Positions 49,049 to 61,057 of a DNA stretch of 64,000 nt are shown here, in pieces. Origin of the DNA: Bacillota bacterium (GTDB lineage: Bacteria; Bacillota; UBA4882; UBA8346). The stretch is taken from the NCBI GenBank assembly GCA_029776205.1, contig JAKOTQ010000082.1, positions 2,909 through 66,908 of the forward strand, read 5' to 3'. Under the pieces are notes generated by a model. The model was not told the DNA's origin. It saw nothing but the letters and a program-made list of their open reading frames with translations, and did not search any database. Position 1 is the stretch's first letter. Each line of letters opens with the position of its first letter. Position numbers and translations under genes: made by a program.

Positions 49049-52000
49049 CTAAATCGCCTGTTCCATCCGGACAGTGCTAAATTCTTGAATCGGGAAGACA
49101 TTTTCCGTTGTCCCGCCTTCATCTAAAGACAATAACACCTGAAGGAAAGCCTTAACCGTATCCAAAGAGGTCAGGCAGGGGATGTTATGTTCAACCGCAG
49201 CCCGGCGAATTCGGAAACCATCCCGTTGAGGTTCTTTACCCCGGGTAATAGTATTTACTACCAATTGAATCTGGCCTCCCCGAATGGCATCCATAATATC
49301 CGACCCTTCGCTTAATTTACTGAGTTTGGTCACCTCAACGCCGTTAACCCGTAAATAGGCTGCCGTTCCCATGGTCGCCATGATTTTAAAGCCGCGTTCC
49401 GCCAGCTTTTTCAGAAGCGGTAAGGCTTCGGCTTTATCCTTATCCGCCAGTGTCGCCAAGATGGTACCACCCCGGGGCAAGGTAAAACCAGCGGATATAA
49501 AGGCTTTATATAAAGCACCGGCATAGGTGGTATCAACACCCATCACTTCTCCGGTGGATTTCATCTCCGGACCTAAGGAGATATCCACTTGAGTCAATTT
49601 TTGGAAGGAGAATACCGGCGCCTTCACAGCAACAAGTTTGGTCTCCGGCCACATCCCGCCGGCATAGCCCTGATCATAAATGCTCTGACCTAAAATGGCT
49701 TTGGTTGCCACTTGCACCATAGGAATACCCGTAATTTTACTCATAAAGGGCACTGTCCGGCTGGACCGTGGATTGACTTCAATGCAGTAAACCTCTTTAT
49801 CCGAAAGAACAAACTGGATATTGATCAAACCGACAACTTTCAAGGCTTGAGCCAGCTTCAAGGTATAACGTAAGATTTTTTCCTGTTCCGCCATATTCAA
49901 ATGTTGGTGCGGATAGGTTGCAAAGGAATCCCCGGAGTGGACGCCGGCCCGTTCCAGATGTTCCATAATGCCGGGAATCAGGACATTGGTCCCGTCACAG
50001 ATAGCATCCACCTCGCACTCCCGGCCAATGACATAGTGGTCGACCAATACCGGATGTTCCGGTGAAGCTGTGACCGCATAGGTTAGATAATGTTCCAACT
50101 CTTTTTGATTGTAAACAATTTCTATGGCCCGGCCGCCTAACACATAGGAAGGCCGCACCAATACGGGATAACCGATTTCCTCTGCCACTGCCACGGCTTC
50201 TTCCAAAGAAACCACAGTTTTCCCCGGAGGTTTGGGAATCCCTAAATCGATCAACAGTTGATCAAAACGCCGCCGGTCTTCCGCTAAATCGATGGAGTCC
50301 ACCGTAGTCCCCAGGATTTTGATGCCTGCCTGATGAAGTTGGGACGCCAGATTGATGGCAGTCTGTCCGCCGAACTGAACGATAACCCCTTCCGGCTTTT
50401 CCAACTCCAAAATATGCAACACATCTTCGAAGGTCAGCGGTTCAAAATAGAGCCGGTCCCCGGTATCAAAATCCGTTGATACCGTTTCGGGATTGTTATT
50501 GATGATAATCGCTTCCACACCGGCTTCTTTCAATGCCCATACCGAATGGACACTGCAGTAATCAAATTCTACCCCCTGGCCGATCCGGATCGGACCCGAT
50601 CCGATGACCGCAATCTTCCGCTTAGGAGTCGGAATGGCTTCATTTTCCAAGTCATAACAGGAGTAAAAATAGGGCGTTGCTGCTTCAAATTCTGCCGCAC
50701 AGGTATCCACCATTTTATAGACCGGCCGCAGCTTAAGTTGGGCTCGATATTTCCGAATATCCTCTTCCTTGACTCCGGTTAACCGGGCGATCTCCCGGTC
50801 CGGAAAACCATACTCTTTCGCTTTCTTTAACACCACCGGATCCTGATAACCCTTTTCCTGGAGTTCTTTTTCAACAGCGATTAAATTTGCCAGCTTCTGC
50901 AGGAAGAAAGGATTGACTTTCGTCCGTTCATACAAGTCATCGATGCTGTATCCCCGGCGCAGACATTCCGCCAGGAAGAAAAGACGTCGGTCATCCACTG
51001 CAACAATGGCTTCCTCCAACGCCTCGTTGGAAAGCTCCGCTGCTTCCGGTAATGCCAGTCCGTATTGTTTGATTTCCAGTGAACGGATGGCTTTCATCAA
51101 GGCGGATTCCAGCGAGCGGTCAATGGCCATCACTTCACCGGTAGCTTTCATTTGCGTCCCCAACTTCCGGTTGGCTAAATTGAATTTATCAAAAGGCCAC
51201 CGCGGAATCTTCACGACTACATAGTCCAAAGCCGGCTCGAATGAAGCATACGTTTTTCCGGTAACAGCGTTTTTAATCTCATCTAAATGATACCCTACAG
51301 CAATCTTCGCAGCCACTTTGGCGATAGGGTATCCCGTTGCTTTGGAAGCCAAAGCACTGGACCGGCTTACCCGGGGATTGACTTCGATCACATAGTATTG
51401 CAAACTGTTCGGATCGAGAGCAAATTGAACGTTGCATCCGCCTTCAATCCCCAAAGAACGGATGATTTTAAGCGCTGCCGAACGTAACATTTGATATTCC
51501 CGGTCGGAAAGGGTTTGACTGGGAGCCACCACAATACTGTCCCCGGTATGAATCCCCACCGGATCGAAATTTTCCATGTTACATACGGTGATACAGGTAT
51601 TATTCGCATCCCGCATCACTTCATACTCTATCTCCTTAAATCCGGCCACCGACTGTTCCAAAAGAACCTGACCAATGGGGCTCAACGTCAACCCCTTGAC
51701 GGTAATGGCCTCCAAATCCGCTTTATTATAGGCAATCCCTCCTCCGGTACCACCCATGGTATAGGCCGGACGGACAATCAAGGGATAACCGACTCTATCC
51801 GCAAATTCCAAGGCTTCCCGGAGTTTAGAAACGATGGTGCTCTCCGGAATCGGTTCCCCGATTTGCAACATGGTTTCCTTAAATAACTGGCGGTCTTCCG
51901 CCCTTTTAATCGCTTCCAGCGGTGTTCCCAAGAGCCTGACTTTATAATCATCCAAAATGCCGGCTTCGGACAGCTGTACTGCCAGGTTTAAGCCCACCTG

Positions 52001-52276
52001 CCCGCCTAACGTCGGCAGTAAACCGTCCGGCCGCTCTTTTGCGATAATCCGCCGCAACGAATCCACTGTCAACGGTTCGATATATACCCGATCGGCCATG
52101 TTGGCATCGGTCATAATCGTCGCCGGATTGGAATTAACCAACACAACCGAAATTCCTTCTTCCCGTAATGAACGGCACGCCTGAGTCCCGGCATAATCAA
52201 ACTCAGCTGCCTGCCCGATAATGATCGGTCCCGAACCGATCACCAATACTTTTTTCAATGATTTATCCAGAGGCAT
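49049..52276 (-). CDS. carB: Carbamoyl-phosphate synthase large subunit
   Basis: 1075 aa with a duplicated ATP-grasp and an MGS-like domain. Confidence 0.98.
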   Translation of the reverse strand: MPLDKSLKKVLVIGSGPIIIGQAAEFDYAGTQACRSLREEGISVVLVNSNPATIMTDANMADRVYIEPLTVDSLRRIIAKERPDGLLPTLGGQVGLNLAVQLSEAGILDDYKVRLLGTPLEAIKRAEDRQLFKETMLQIGEPIPESTIVSKLREALEFADRVGYPLIVRPAYTMGGTGGGIAYNKADLEAITVKGLTLSPIGQVLLEQSVAGFKEIEYEVMRDANNTCITVCNMENFDPVGIHTGDSIVVAPSQTLSDREYQMLRSAALKIIRSLGIEGGCNVQFALDPNSLQYYVIEVNPRVSRSSALASKATGYPIAKVAAKIAVGYHLDEIKNAVTGKTYASFEPALDYVVVKIPRWPFDKFNLANRKLGTQMKATGEVMAIDRSLESALMKAIRSLEIKQYGLALPEAAELSNEALEEAIVAVDDRRLFFLAECLRRGYSIDDLYERTKVNPFFLQKLANLIAVEKELQEKGYQDPVVLKKAKEYGFPDREIARLTGVKEEDIRKYRAQLKLRPVYKMVDTCAAEFEAATPYFYSCYDLENEAIPTPKRKIAVIGSGPIRIGQGVEFDYCSVHSVWALKEAGVEAIIINNNPETVSTDFDTGDRLYFEPLTFEDVLHILELEKPEGVIVQFGGQTAINLASQLHQAGIKILGTTVDSIDLAEDRRRFDQLLIDLGIPKPPGKTVVSLEEAVAVAEEIGYPVLVRPSYVLGGRAIEIVYNQKELEHYLTYAVTASPEHPVLVDHYVIGRECEVDAICDGTNVLIPGIMEHLERAGVHSGDSFATYPHQHLNMAEQEKILRYTLKLAQALKVVGLINIQFVLSDKEVYCIEVNPRSSRTVPFMSKITGIPMVQVATKAILGQSIYDQGYAGGMWPETKLVAVKAPVFSFQKLTQVDISLGPEMKSTGEVMGVDTTYAGALYKAFISAGFTLPRGGTILATLADKDKAEALPLLKKLAERGFKIMATMGTAAYLRVNGVEVTKLSKLSEGSDIMDAIRGGQIQLVVNTITRGKEPQRDGFRIRRAAVEHNIPCLTSLDTVKAFLQVLLSLDEGGTTENVFPIQEFSTVRMEQAI

Positions 52277-52431
52277 AGTGTCACCACTCTTTACAATTTA
52301 TCGCTGAAAGTCTTACTTTAGTTCACAGTAGTAGTCCAGGTACGAAATTCTTGGTCCTGAGTTCTGAGTTATGGAAGCCTATTACCTAGAACCAAGTACC
52401 CTTTTCTCTTATAACTGTACACCGTCCACTG

Positions 52432-53511
52432 TCAACTGTGTCTTTCCATCATCGCCACAAAATCTTGGAATAACTCTTCCGAATCATTAGGTCCAGGAGA
52501 GGCTTCGGGATGGTATTGCACTGAAAACACTGGCAAATAGCGGTGTCGTAAACCTTCCACCGTACCGTCATTGACATTCCGATGGGAAACAATAGCCACA
52601 TTCGGGTCCAAAGATTCCTCCCGTACGGCGAAACCGTGGTTTTGCGAAGTAATCGTCACTTTGCCGTTGAGCAGGTTCTTCACCGGATGATTGCCTCCCC
52701 GGTGGCCGAATTTTAATTTATAGGTATCGCCGCCCAAAGCCAATCCGATAATCTGATGTCCAAGACATATGCCAAAGATCGGAAGTTTGCCCAGGAGATT
52801 TTTGACAGTCTCCACAGCATACATCACATCTTTGGGATCTCCCGGGCCATTGGAGAGCATAATGCCATCCGGATTCATTCCTAAAATCACTTCACTGCTA
52901 GTATCACAAGGAACCGTTGTCACTTTACACCCTTGGGCAATTAAAGAACGGGCAATGTTCGCCTTTGCACCAAAGTCGATAAGCACCACATGTTTTGCGC
53001 CATCCCCTTCGGTGTAAATCCGATCCGTTGTCGCCAATCTGACAAAATCCTGTCCTGACAAATGAGGTAACGATTTAGCTCTTTCAATCACCTCTGCATC
53101 AGGCTCATCAGAAACGGTTATCAATCCCCGCATGGTTCCCTGGGTACGCAACCTTTTGGTTAAAGCTCGAGTATCCACGCCGCAGATCCCGACCACCCGA
53201 TGGTCTTTTAAAAACTGATCCAGGGTGGTTTCAACCCGCCAGTTACTGGGATGATCACAACATTCTTTCACGACAAAGCCACGGGCAAACGGATGACGGG
53301 ACTCGTGATCAAAGGCATTGATTCCGTAATTTCCGATAAGCGGATAGGTCATGGTCACAATCTGGCCGCTATAGGAAGGATCAGTTAAGATCTCCTGATA
53401 TCCTGTCATTCCAGTATTGAAAACCACTTCTCCACCGACTTCGCCTTCGAACCCAAAAGCCTTTCCGTAATAAATCATCCCATCTTCCAGGACCAATCGA
53501 GCTTGTTTCAT
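52432..53511 (-). CDS. carA: Carbamoyl-phosphate synthase small (glutaminase) subunit
   Basis: GATase triad (GICLGHQ, ..HPE). Start at the ATG at 53511 ([11 protein letters not shown]) after GGAGGG. Confidence 0.97.
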   Translation of the reverse strand: MKQARLVLEDGMIYYGKAFGFEGEVGGEVVFNTGMTGYQEILTDPSYSGQIVTMTYPLIGNYGINAFDHESRHPFARGFVVKECCDHPSNWRVETTLDQFLKDHRVVGICGVDTRALTKRLRTQGTMRGLITVSDEPDAEVIERAKSLPHLSGQDFVRLATTDRIYTEGDGAKHVVLIDFGAKANIARSLIAQGCKVTTVPCDTSSEVILGMNPDGIMLSNGPGDPKDVMYAVETVKNLLGKLPIFGICLGHQIIGLALGGDTYKLKFGHRGGNHPVKNLLNGKVTITSQNHGFAVREESLDPNVAIVSHRNVNDGTVEGLRHRYLPVFSVQYHPEASPGPNDSEELFQDFVAMMERHS

Positions 53512-53576
53512 CCTGTTGCCCTCCATTTATTAACAACTGATTTATTTATAAATATACATTATGTTGTTATATTTAT

Positions 53577-54863
53577 TCAAGTAAAATTTTCGTTGCAATA
53601 TTTAAGCATTCCATCGACCCAAACGGACTCCACCCGTCCGTTCAATTTTTTCCCGATGAAAGGAGAATTTTTGGATTTGGAGACCAACTCTTCCGACCGG
53701 ACTGTCCATTGTTTATCCGGATTGAAAATGACCACATCGGCCGGATCGCCGGGCCGCAATCGGCCACCAGCTACTTTCAGGATCCGGGCCGGATTAACCG
53801 ACATTCTCTCAACCAGTTGTTCCGGGGTGAGAATACCAGTACAAACCATTTCCGTCCAAATGACTGCCAAGGCAGTTTCCAAACCGATCATTCCGTTAGG
53901 TGCCAAAGAAAACTCCCGGTGTTTCTCTTCCAAAGAATGAGGCGCATGATCCGTAGCGATCACATCGATCGTCCCGTCCTGAACCCCTTGGCGCAAGGCC
54001 TCCACATCTTCCTCAGAACGCAATGGCGGGCTGACTCGATACACTGTATCAAAGGTTTCAATCATTGCATCCGTTAAGGTGAGATGGTGGGGCGTTGCTT
54101 CAGCGGTGACCCGTACCCCCCGGGCTTTGGCGACCCGGATCAGCTCAACCCCTTTTTTGGTACTAACATGGCAGCAATGAACCGGAAAACCGGTAAATTC
54201 AGCAATGGTTAGGTCCCGTGCAATAATGGCCGCTTCGGCAATATCCGGAATGCCGGGCAACCCAAGAACGGTAGACCAATACCCTTCATGCATCACCCCG
54301 TTACCGGCCAAGTTCACATCTTCCTGATGCAACATGAGCGGCCGATCAAACATGGATGCATATTCTATAGCCAATCGTAACACTGAGGCATTCATCAACG
54401 TATTACCATCGTCCGAAAAGCCATAGGCTCCGGATGCAACCATATCCCCCATCTCCGCTAATTCTTCGCCTTTCAACCCCTTCGTAATCGCTCCCAATGG
54501 ATATACCTTCGTATATGCCTCTTTTCGAGCTTTCTCCAGTATAAAACTGATCACCACGCCATTATCGGCTACCGGCTGGGTATTGGCCATACACGCTACT
54601 GCAGTAAACCCGCCTTTAAGTGCCGCCTTAGTGCCGGTAGCTATGGTTTCCTCGTCTTCCCGTCCCGGCTCCCGGAGATGGGTATGGAGATCAATCAAGC
54701 CCGGAAAGACCATTTTACCTTCTGCTGAGATGATCTCAGCATCGTCCGCCGAAATCTCCCCATCTATAGCTGCAATTTTTCCGTTATCTATTAAAATATC
54801 CCCGACACCGACATAGCCGCCGGCCGGATCGATAATTTTTCCGTTTTTAATGCAATATTTCAT
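53577..54863 (-). CDS. pyrC: Dihydroorotase
   Basis: 428 aa with [10 protein letters not shown] and ATDHAPH motifs. The RBS GGGGGAGGG lies inside the pyrB 3' end. Confidence 0.96.
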   Translation of the reverse strand: MKYCIKNGKIIDPAGGYVGVGDILIDNGKIAAIDGEISADDAEIISAEGKMVFPGLIDLHTHLREPGREDEETIATGTKAALKGGFTAVACMANTQPVADNGVVISFILEKARKEAYTKVYPLGAITKGLKGEELAEMGDMVASGAYGFSDDGNTLMNASVLRLAIEYASMFDRPLMLHQEDVNLAGNGVMHEGYWSTVLGLPGIPDIAEAAIIARDLTIAEFTGFPVHCCHVSTKKGVELIRVAKARGVRVTAEATPHHLTLTDAMIETFDTVYRVSPPLRSEEDVEALRQGVQDGTIDVIATDHAPHSLEEKHREFSLAPNGMIGLETALAVIWTEMVCTGILTPEQLVERMSVNPARILKVAGGRLRPGDPADVVIFNPDKQWTVRSEELVSKSKNSPFIGKKLNGRVESVWVDGMLKYCNENFT

Positions 54864-55788
54864 CTTTTGACCCTCCCCCTGTTAGCAAATAAAGCAATGC
54901 CATTCGAACCGCAACCCCGTTGGTCACCTGTTCGGTAATGACCGATTGGGGATGAACCGAAACTTCTTCGGCGATTTCCACACCCAGATTGGCCGGGCCC
55001 GGGTGCATAATGAGTACATCGTTCCCTGCCTTCGAAAGACGTTCCATATTGACGCCAAATAACTTGGAATACTCTTTTTTCGTCGGAAAATACCCCCGTT
55101 GTTGACGCTCCAGTTGAATTCGGAGGATATTCACCACATCCACCTGATTTAAGACTGCATCCAACGAATGTTCCACGCGGACTCCAAGCTGTTCAATACC
55201 ACGGGGCATTAAGGTCGGCGGGCCTACCACCGTCACCTCGGCTCCCATTTTTAATAGTCCGTAAATATTGGATTTAGCGACCCGGCTATGGAGAATATCG
55301 CCAACGATCGCTACCTTTAATCCGGCGATCCGCCCCATTTTTTCGCGAATTGTATATAAGTCCAGCAACCCTTGGGTTGGGTGCTCATGAGCGCCGTCGC
55401 CGGCATTGATTACATGGGCGGAAACCGTGTCCGCCAACAATTTGGGAGTCCCAGCCAACGAATGGCGAATGATAATTACGTCAACTCCCATCGCTTCAAG
55501 GGTTCTTCCCGTATCCACAAAACTTTCACCTTTGGCCACACTGCTGGAGGAGACCGTAAGATTGACCACATCAGCACTCATCCATTTCCCGGCAATTTCA
55601 AAAGAGGTCCGGGTCCTGGTGCTGGGTTCAAAAAATAATGTAACCACTGTTTTCCCGCGCAACGTTGGGATCTTTTTCAAATCCCGTTTGAAAATATCTT
55701 TACACACGACAGCTGTATCTAAAATGTGTTGGATTTGCTCGGCCGACAACTCTTTCAAACCCAAAATGTCTTTTGGAAGTTGAATCAT
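54847..55788 (-). CDS. pyrB: Aspartate carbamoyltransferase catalytic subunit
   Basis: Motifs STRTR, HPTQ and HPGP. Start at the ATG at 55788, 9 nt after GCAGGAG. Confidence 0.96.
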   Translation of the reverse strand: MIQLPKDILGLKELSAEQIQHILDTAVVCKDIFKRDLKKIPTLRGKTVVTLFFEPSTRTRTSFEIAGKWMSADVVNLTVSSSSVAKGESFVDTGRTLEAMGVDVIIIRHSLAGTPKLLADTVSAHVINAGDGAHEHPTQGLLDLYTIREKMGRIAGLKVAIVGDILHSRVAKSNIYGLLKMGAEVTVVGPPTLMPRGIEQLGVRVEHSLDAVLNQVDVVNILRIQLERQQRGYFPTKKEYSKLFGVNMERLSKAGNDVLIMHPGPANLGVEIAEEVSVHPQSVITEQVTNGVAVRMALLYLLTGGGSKDEILH

Positions 55789-55853
55789 GCTCAATCACAC
55801 TCCTGCGTACTGATATGAACAATCCCCCTCGGTGAGGGGGATTATGATTAAAA

Positions 55854-57131
55854 TCACTTGGTTGCAGCCGCTTCCTCAACAGCCTCTGCTTCTACACCTT
55901 CCATTTCTTTGGTATGCGGAATAATCAAATTGAGCAGGATACCAATGATGGTTGCCAAGGCCATCCCGTGGAATTCCACGCCCCACAGGGATATTTTGGC
56001 GCCGCCGATTCCGATAACCAAAATGACGGAGGCGATGATCAGATTCCGCTTCTGTGAGAAATCGATACCGGCTTCGACCAACATCCGAATACCGGCGGAT
56101 GCGATGATCCCGAAAAGCATGATGCTGATTCCGCCCATCACCGGCACCGGAATGGTCCCGATCAATGCACCGATTTTCGGTATGAAGGACATAACAGTTG
56201 CAATAACGGCTGCGCCGCCGATGACCCACACGCTAAAGACCCGGGTAATGGCCATAACGCCGATATTCTCACCATAAGTTGTATTGGGAGGGCCACCTAA
56301 GAGAGCTGCAAAGGCCGTGGCAATACCGTCACCGCTCAAAGACCGGTGCATTCCCGGATCTTTGATAAAGTCCCGGCCAACCACATTATTGGTTACGATC
56401 AAATGCCCGATATGTTCAGTAATAGTCACCAATGCCACGGGAGCAATGGCGATAACAGCCTCCCATGTAAATTTGGGGAAGATAAATTTAGGAACTGCAA
56501 CGACCGAGGCCGCTTTTACAGCGTCGAAATTAATCTGGCCAGTCACCAATGCAAACAGGTAACCGCCGATAATCCCGATTAATATCGGAATCACACCCAA
56601 AAATCCTTTAAAGTAAACCGAGGCAATAATCGCAATCGCCAAGGCTACCATCGCTGTCGTAATGTTCTGCGATGCCATGTCAACCGCTGTTTCAGCCAAA
56701 GCAAGCCCGATGACAATAACAACCGAACCCACAACCACCGGAGGCAAAAGTTTGTCCAGCCAGTTCGTTCCGAACTTGGCAATCAACGCGGCCACCACCA
56801 GGTACAACAAACCGGCGACAAAACAACCGCCCATGGCCACCGCAATTTTATCCGGATCGCCGAGAGTTCCGGCTTTTGCCCCGATAATCGCCTGCATCCC
56901 GGCAATAAAAGCGAAAGAGGAACCAAGATAAGCCGGTATTTTACCCTTTGTAATCAGAATATAAAGCAAAGTACCTACACCGCTGGTAAATAAGGTAATA
57001 GACGTATCAAGACCTACCAGATAAGGAACAAGGACTGTCGCCCCAAACATCGCGAACAAATGTTGCAAACTCAAAGGAATACTCTGAAGCAGTGGTAAAC
57101 GTTCTTCTACGTCGACTTTCTTTCCAATCAT
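55854..57131 (-). CDS. pyrP: Uracil permease (NCS2 family)
   Basis: 425 aa with about 12-13 TM segments. NCS2 pattern (TYGENIGVMAITRV). Sits between pyrR and pyrB as in Bacillus. Confidence 0.92.
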   Translation of the reverse strand: MIGKKVDVEERLPLLQSIPLSLQHLFAMFGATVLVPYLVGLDTSITLFTSGVGTLLYILITKGKIPAYLGSSFAFIAGMQAIIGAKAGTLGDPDKIAVAMGGCFVAGLLYLVVAALIAKFGTNWLDKLLPPVVVGSVVIVIGLALAETAVDMASQNITTAMVALAIAIIASVYFKGFLGVIPILIGIIGGYLFALVTGQINFDAVKAASVVAVPKFIFPKFTWEAVIAIAPVALVTITEHIGHLIVTNNVVGRDFIKDPGMHRSLSGDGIATAFAALLGGPPNTTYGENIGVMAITRVFSVWVIGGAAVIATVMSFIPKIGALIGTIPVPVMGGISIMLFGIIASAGIRMLVEAGIDFSQKRNLIIASVILVIGIGGAKISLWGVEFHGMALATIIGILLNLIIPHTKEMEGVEAEAVEEAAATK

Positions 57132-57189
57132 CAGTTTTCGCCTCCGCTATTATTGTTTATATTGTTTAACCGATACTCCCGGTTGAAAC

Positions 57190-57275
57190 CATAAAAAAAT
57201 CCTCCGTCACGCAAGGAGGAAGAAACTTTTTTCCAAGTTCCTCCCTTATTTGCCTCACGGGACAAACTTAAAGGG
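57190..57275 (-). promoter_or_regulatory. PyrR-dependent attenuator 2 (pyrR-pyrP spacer)
   Basis: The minus strand reads CCUUUAAGUUUGUCCCGUGAGGCAAAUAAGGGAGG, a PyrR binding-loop-like UCCxGxGAGG element. A UCCUCC/GGAGGA hairpin plus U7 follows. Confidence 0.65.
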
Positions 57276-57285
57276 GTCCGGAAAA

Positions 57286-57998
<713 letters not shown>

Positions 57999-58012
57999 TC
58001 CTAATCTAAAAA

Positions 58013-58897
58013 CTAATGGGGTTCCATCTTGGGATTAACCAGTGTGTGTGTTTGACCGCACATAGGGCAGCCATCACATATAAAAACCCGAGGTTCAAAT
58101 ACACTCAAGATGGTCTGGACCATCTCTGAGTTTGCTGAAAGATGAAGCACAATCTTCCGAGGGGCCATGGTAATTAAGGCACTTAAAAGCCAGTCCTCAT
58201 ATTCCACCTCCGGTTCCAAATCCTGTAAAACAGTTGTAATTTGGTCCGGTTTTACCGGTTGATTGACTTCATCTAAAAAATAAATCTCCTGTTTACTTTG
58301 GACCAACACATGAACTTCATCGATCTTGGGTTCCTGAATTTCCACAAAGTAACGGAGCAACTGAATAAATTCTCTGTATTCTTTCTCCATTATAAAGTGA
58401 TCTACGGCTTGATCAACCGCATCGATCACCTCTTTAAAATAATCCTTTAAACGGAATCGTAGAAAACCTTCCAGATATAAATTGGAATTATGGAGCAAAT
58501 ATTGGTTGACTTCTTTAAAAACCATATTGTAACGGTTGATGGCATTAATGTCGGATTCTTTTAGCTCATGAAGGTATATATATGCATTTTCGATAATCGC
58601 CTTAGCCTCTTTATCATCAAAAAACTGGTATTTATGCTTTAAAATCCGGTTCATAAAAGTTTTGGTTACCGGATTCATGATTAAATCTGTAATTATATTA
58701 GCCAAATATTGACGAAAAAGAGACTCGGATTTGTCGCTGTCATCTTCAAAATCACAGTAAAAAAAGTGGAATTTTCCAGCAAGGTTTTCGCTGAATTTTA
58801 ACTTTATCCCTTCCCTGGAAAGAAAATTTAATTCATTAAACAGATTCTCCCGGATCTCCGGTGGAATCGTAAACGTACCGATTGTATAAGTTGACAT
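58013..58897 (-). CDS. ytxC: YtxC-like sporulation protein
   Basis: Family pattern EGFLRFRLKDY...KEYREFIQLLRYFVEIQ. Start at the ATG at 58897 after GGGAGGT. Confidence 0.72.
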   Translation of the reverse strand: MSTYTIGTFTIPPEIRENLFNELNFLSREGIKLKFSENLAGKFHFFYCDFEDDSDKSESLFRQYLANIITDLIMNPVTKTFMNRILKHKYQFFDDKEAKAIIENAYIYLHELKESDINAINRYNMVFKEVNQYLLHNSNLYLEGFLRFRLKDYFKEVIDAVDQAVDHFIMEKEYREFIQLLRYFVEIQEPKIDEVHVLVQSKQEIYFLDEVNQPVKPDQITTVLQDLEPEVEYEDWLLSALITMAPRKIVLHLSANSEMVQTILSVFEPRVFICDGCPMCGQTHTLVNPKMEPH

Positions 58898-58997
58898 TGT
58901 TACCTCCCGCATTCTTAGGACTATTATATGTGCGGGAAAGTTTTTGTATACTGTGGAAGGAAGGCGCAAAATCCGGCTTTTTCCTTTACCACAAACA

Positions 58998-59024
58998 ATA
59001 AAAAAACGGGCTATAAGCCCGTTT
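58998..59024 (-). terminator. Intrinsic terminator after tRNA-Val
   Basis: Stem AAACGGGC/GCCCGUUU followed by U7 on the minus strand. Confidence 0.7.
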
Positions 59025-59041
59025 AATCTCTTAAAATAATA

Positions 59042-59118
59042 TGGTGGGGAAGAACGGAATCGAACCGCTGGCCTCTACGATGTCAACGTAGCGCTCTAAC
59101 CATCTGAGCTACTCCCCC
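59042..59118 (-). tRNA. tRNA-Val (anticodon GAC), encoded CCA
   Basis: Hand-folded: GGGGGAG-UA-GCUC..GAGC-G-CUACG-UUGACAU-CGUAG-AGGCC-AGCGG-UUCGAUU-CCGUU-CUUCCCC-ACCA. Confidence 0.93.
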
Positions 59119-59131
59119 GTTGGCAAAACCT

Positions 59132-59160
59132 ATTTTAACATCAAAACTGCTGGACGTCAA
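59132..59160 (-). promoter_or_regulatory. Putative sigma-A promoter of tRNA-Val
   Basis: TTGACG-N17-TAAAAT on the minus strand, 13 nt before the tRNA 5' end. Confidence 0.6.
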
Positions 59161-59206
59161 GGGAAAATATGAAGAATATTTTTCCGAACTGGCAAACAAA
59201 CCACAA

Positions 59207-60943
59207 TTAGTATTTCTTCCGCAATGTATAATGGGTATGGAGCAGATGATGGGACTTATCGCCCAAAGGTTCGCCCAAATACTCCTCATACAAACGTTTA
59301 ACTGCCGGATTTTGATGGGACTTCCGAATCGGCATTCCTTGATCCTCTTCATAGATGGCTTTCATCCGGGCAGTTCGAGTTTGGGTATTGGTTGGGAACG
59401 GTTGGCCTCCCCCGCCGATACATCCGCCAGGGCAGCACATGATCTCGATAAATTGATAATTTGCTGTGCCGTCTTTTACTTTTTCCATCAACTGACGGGC
59501 ATTGGACAAACCGTGAGCTACTGCCACTTTTATGTTAATTCCATCCAAATCGACTGTTGCTTCTTTTATACCCTCCATCCCCCGGACTTCTTCAAAATCC
59601 AACTTGGGAAGTTCCTTCAAAGTCACCACTTCGTACACTGTTCTCAGAGCCGCTTCCATCACGCCGCCAGTAGCTCCGAAAATAGCGCCTGCTCCGGTCG
59701 ATATCCCCAGAGGTTCATCAAAAGCTTCATCGGATAGCGCATTAAAGTCGATCCCGGCTTCACGAAACATCCGTCCTAATTCCCGGGTAGTCAACACTAC
59801 ATCCACATCAGGCAAACCTTGATGTTGTAATTCCGGGCGTTGGCATTCAAACTTCTTCGCAGTACAGGGCATAATCGCTACCACGAAAACCTTTGCCGGG
59901 TCAATGCCCTCTTTTTGGGCATAATATGATTTGGCAAGGGCACCGAACATTTGCTGCGGGGATTTGCAGGTGGACAGATGATCCAGCATCTCCGGATAAA
60001 AATGCTCACAGTATTTGATCCAACCCGGGCTACAGGAAGTAATCATCGGTAAGACGCCCTGATTTTTCATACGGTAAAGCAATTCATTGCCTTCTTCGAT
60101 AATGGTTAAATCGGCAGCAAAATCCGTATCAAAAACTTTAGCAAAACCCAACCGGCGTAAAGCAGCCACCATTTTCCCTGTAACCTTGCTACCTGCCGGC
60201 AGGCCCATTTCTTCACCGATAGCCACCCGAACGGCCGGAGCCGTCTGGACGATCACATGAAGATCCGGATTGGCCAAAGCAGCCCAAACTTTAGCTGTAT
60301 CGTCCACTTCATATAGGGCACCGACCGGGCAAACCTGAATGCACTGGCCGCAAAGCACGCAAGAGACATCCCTGAGTTCACTATCGCCGGCCGGGGCGAT
60401 CTGCGTATCGATCCCCCGATGTGTCGGATAAATCGCCCCCACTCCTTGGACTTGATGGCAAACTGCCACACAACGACGGCATAAGATACATTTGGAATGA
60501 TCACGGACGAGGGATACCGTCGACCGATCGAGAGATTTATCGAACTTTTTCGTCATCTCAAACCGTTGGGAACGAATTCCCATTTTTTCCGCAAGACGCT
60601 GGAGATCACATTGTTGATTCCGAATACAATTCAAACAATCCTGAGGATGATTGGACAACAACAACTCCATATTGACCCGGCGGGCCTCCCGCACTTTAGG
60701 AGTTGACGTTTTAATCACCATACCATTGGCTACCGGTTGTGAACAGGCAGCCTGTAATGTACGGGCTCCTTCCACTTCAACCAAACAAAGCCGGCACATG
60801 GCTCTGGTGTTAAGATCCGGATGATAACAAAGAGTTGGAATTTCAATGCCAGCTTGTTTCGCTGCATCTAAAATGGTTGTACCGGCAAAGACTTCCACAG
60901 TCATACCGTCAACGGTTACTTTTACTTTTTCCAACACATTCAT
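59207..60943 (-). CDS. hydA: [FeFe]-hydrogenase, monomeric CpI-like (M3) architecture
   Basis: 578 aa. N-terminal 2Fe-2S, a His-ligated 4Fe-4S (HPQDCLNCIRNQQC) and two 4Fe-4S ferredoxin motifs. H-cluster motifs are TSCSPGW (atypical), MPCTAKKFE and EIMCCPGGCIGGGGQP. Confidence 0.93.
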   Translation of the reverse strand: MNVLEKVKVTVDGMTVEVFAGTTILDAAKQAGIEIPTLCYHPDLNTRAMCRLCLVEVEGARTLQAACSQPVANGMVIKTSTPKVREARRVNMELLLSNHPQDCLNCIRNQQCDLQRLAEKMGIRSQRFEMTKKFDKSLDRSTVSLVRDHSKCILCRRCVAVCHQVQGVGAIYPTHRGIDTQIAPAGDSELRDVSCVLCGQCIQVCPVGALYEVDDTAKVWAALANPDLHVIVQTAPAVRVAIGEEMGLPAGSKVTGKMVAALRRLGFAKVFDTDFAADLTIIEEGNELLYRMKNQGVLPMITSCSPGWIKYCEHFYPEMLDHLSTCKSPQQMFGALAKSYYAQKEGIDPAKVFVVAIMPCTAKKFECQRPELQHQGLPDVDVVLTTRELGRMFREAGIDFNALSDEAFDEPLGISTGAGAIFGATGGVMEAALRTVYEVVTLKELPKLDFEEVRGMEGIKEATVDLDGINIKVAVAHGLSNARQLMEKVKDGTANYQFIEIMCCPGGCIGGGGQPFPTNTQTRTARMKAIYEEDQGMPIRKSHQNPAVKRLYEEYLGEPLGDKSHHLLHTHYTLRKKY

Positions 60944-61057
60944 CCCTTTCGTATCCTCGAATAACTTCCAAGGATTGTTCGTCTTTTCACAAAGTCACCT
61001 AAATTAAAAAGGGTTACCCTCCTATTTTTGATTAATTTTCAATAATTTGCTAATTCG

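Noticed and set aside
55795-55853. I considered a third complete PyrR attenuator between pyrP and pyrB.
   Set aside because: Only one GC-rich hairpin is present, without a U-tract or a clear UCCAGAGAGG-like loop. The spacer (59 nt) is too short for the antiterminator/terminator pair.
59120-59737. 205-aa plus-strand ORF.
   Set aside because: It runs antisense across the hydA 3' end (including the H-cluster L3 motif region) and begins in the tRNA-Val promoter region. It has no RBS and no family resemblance.
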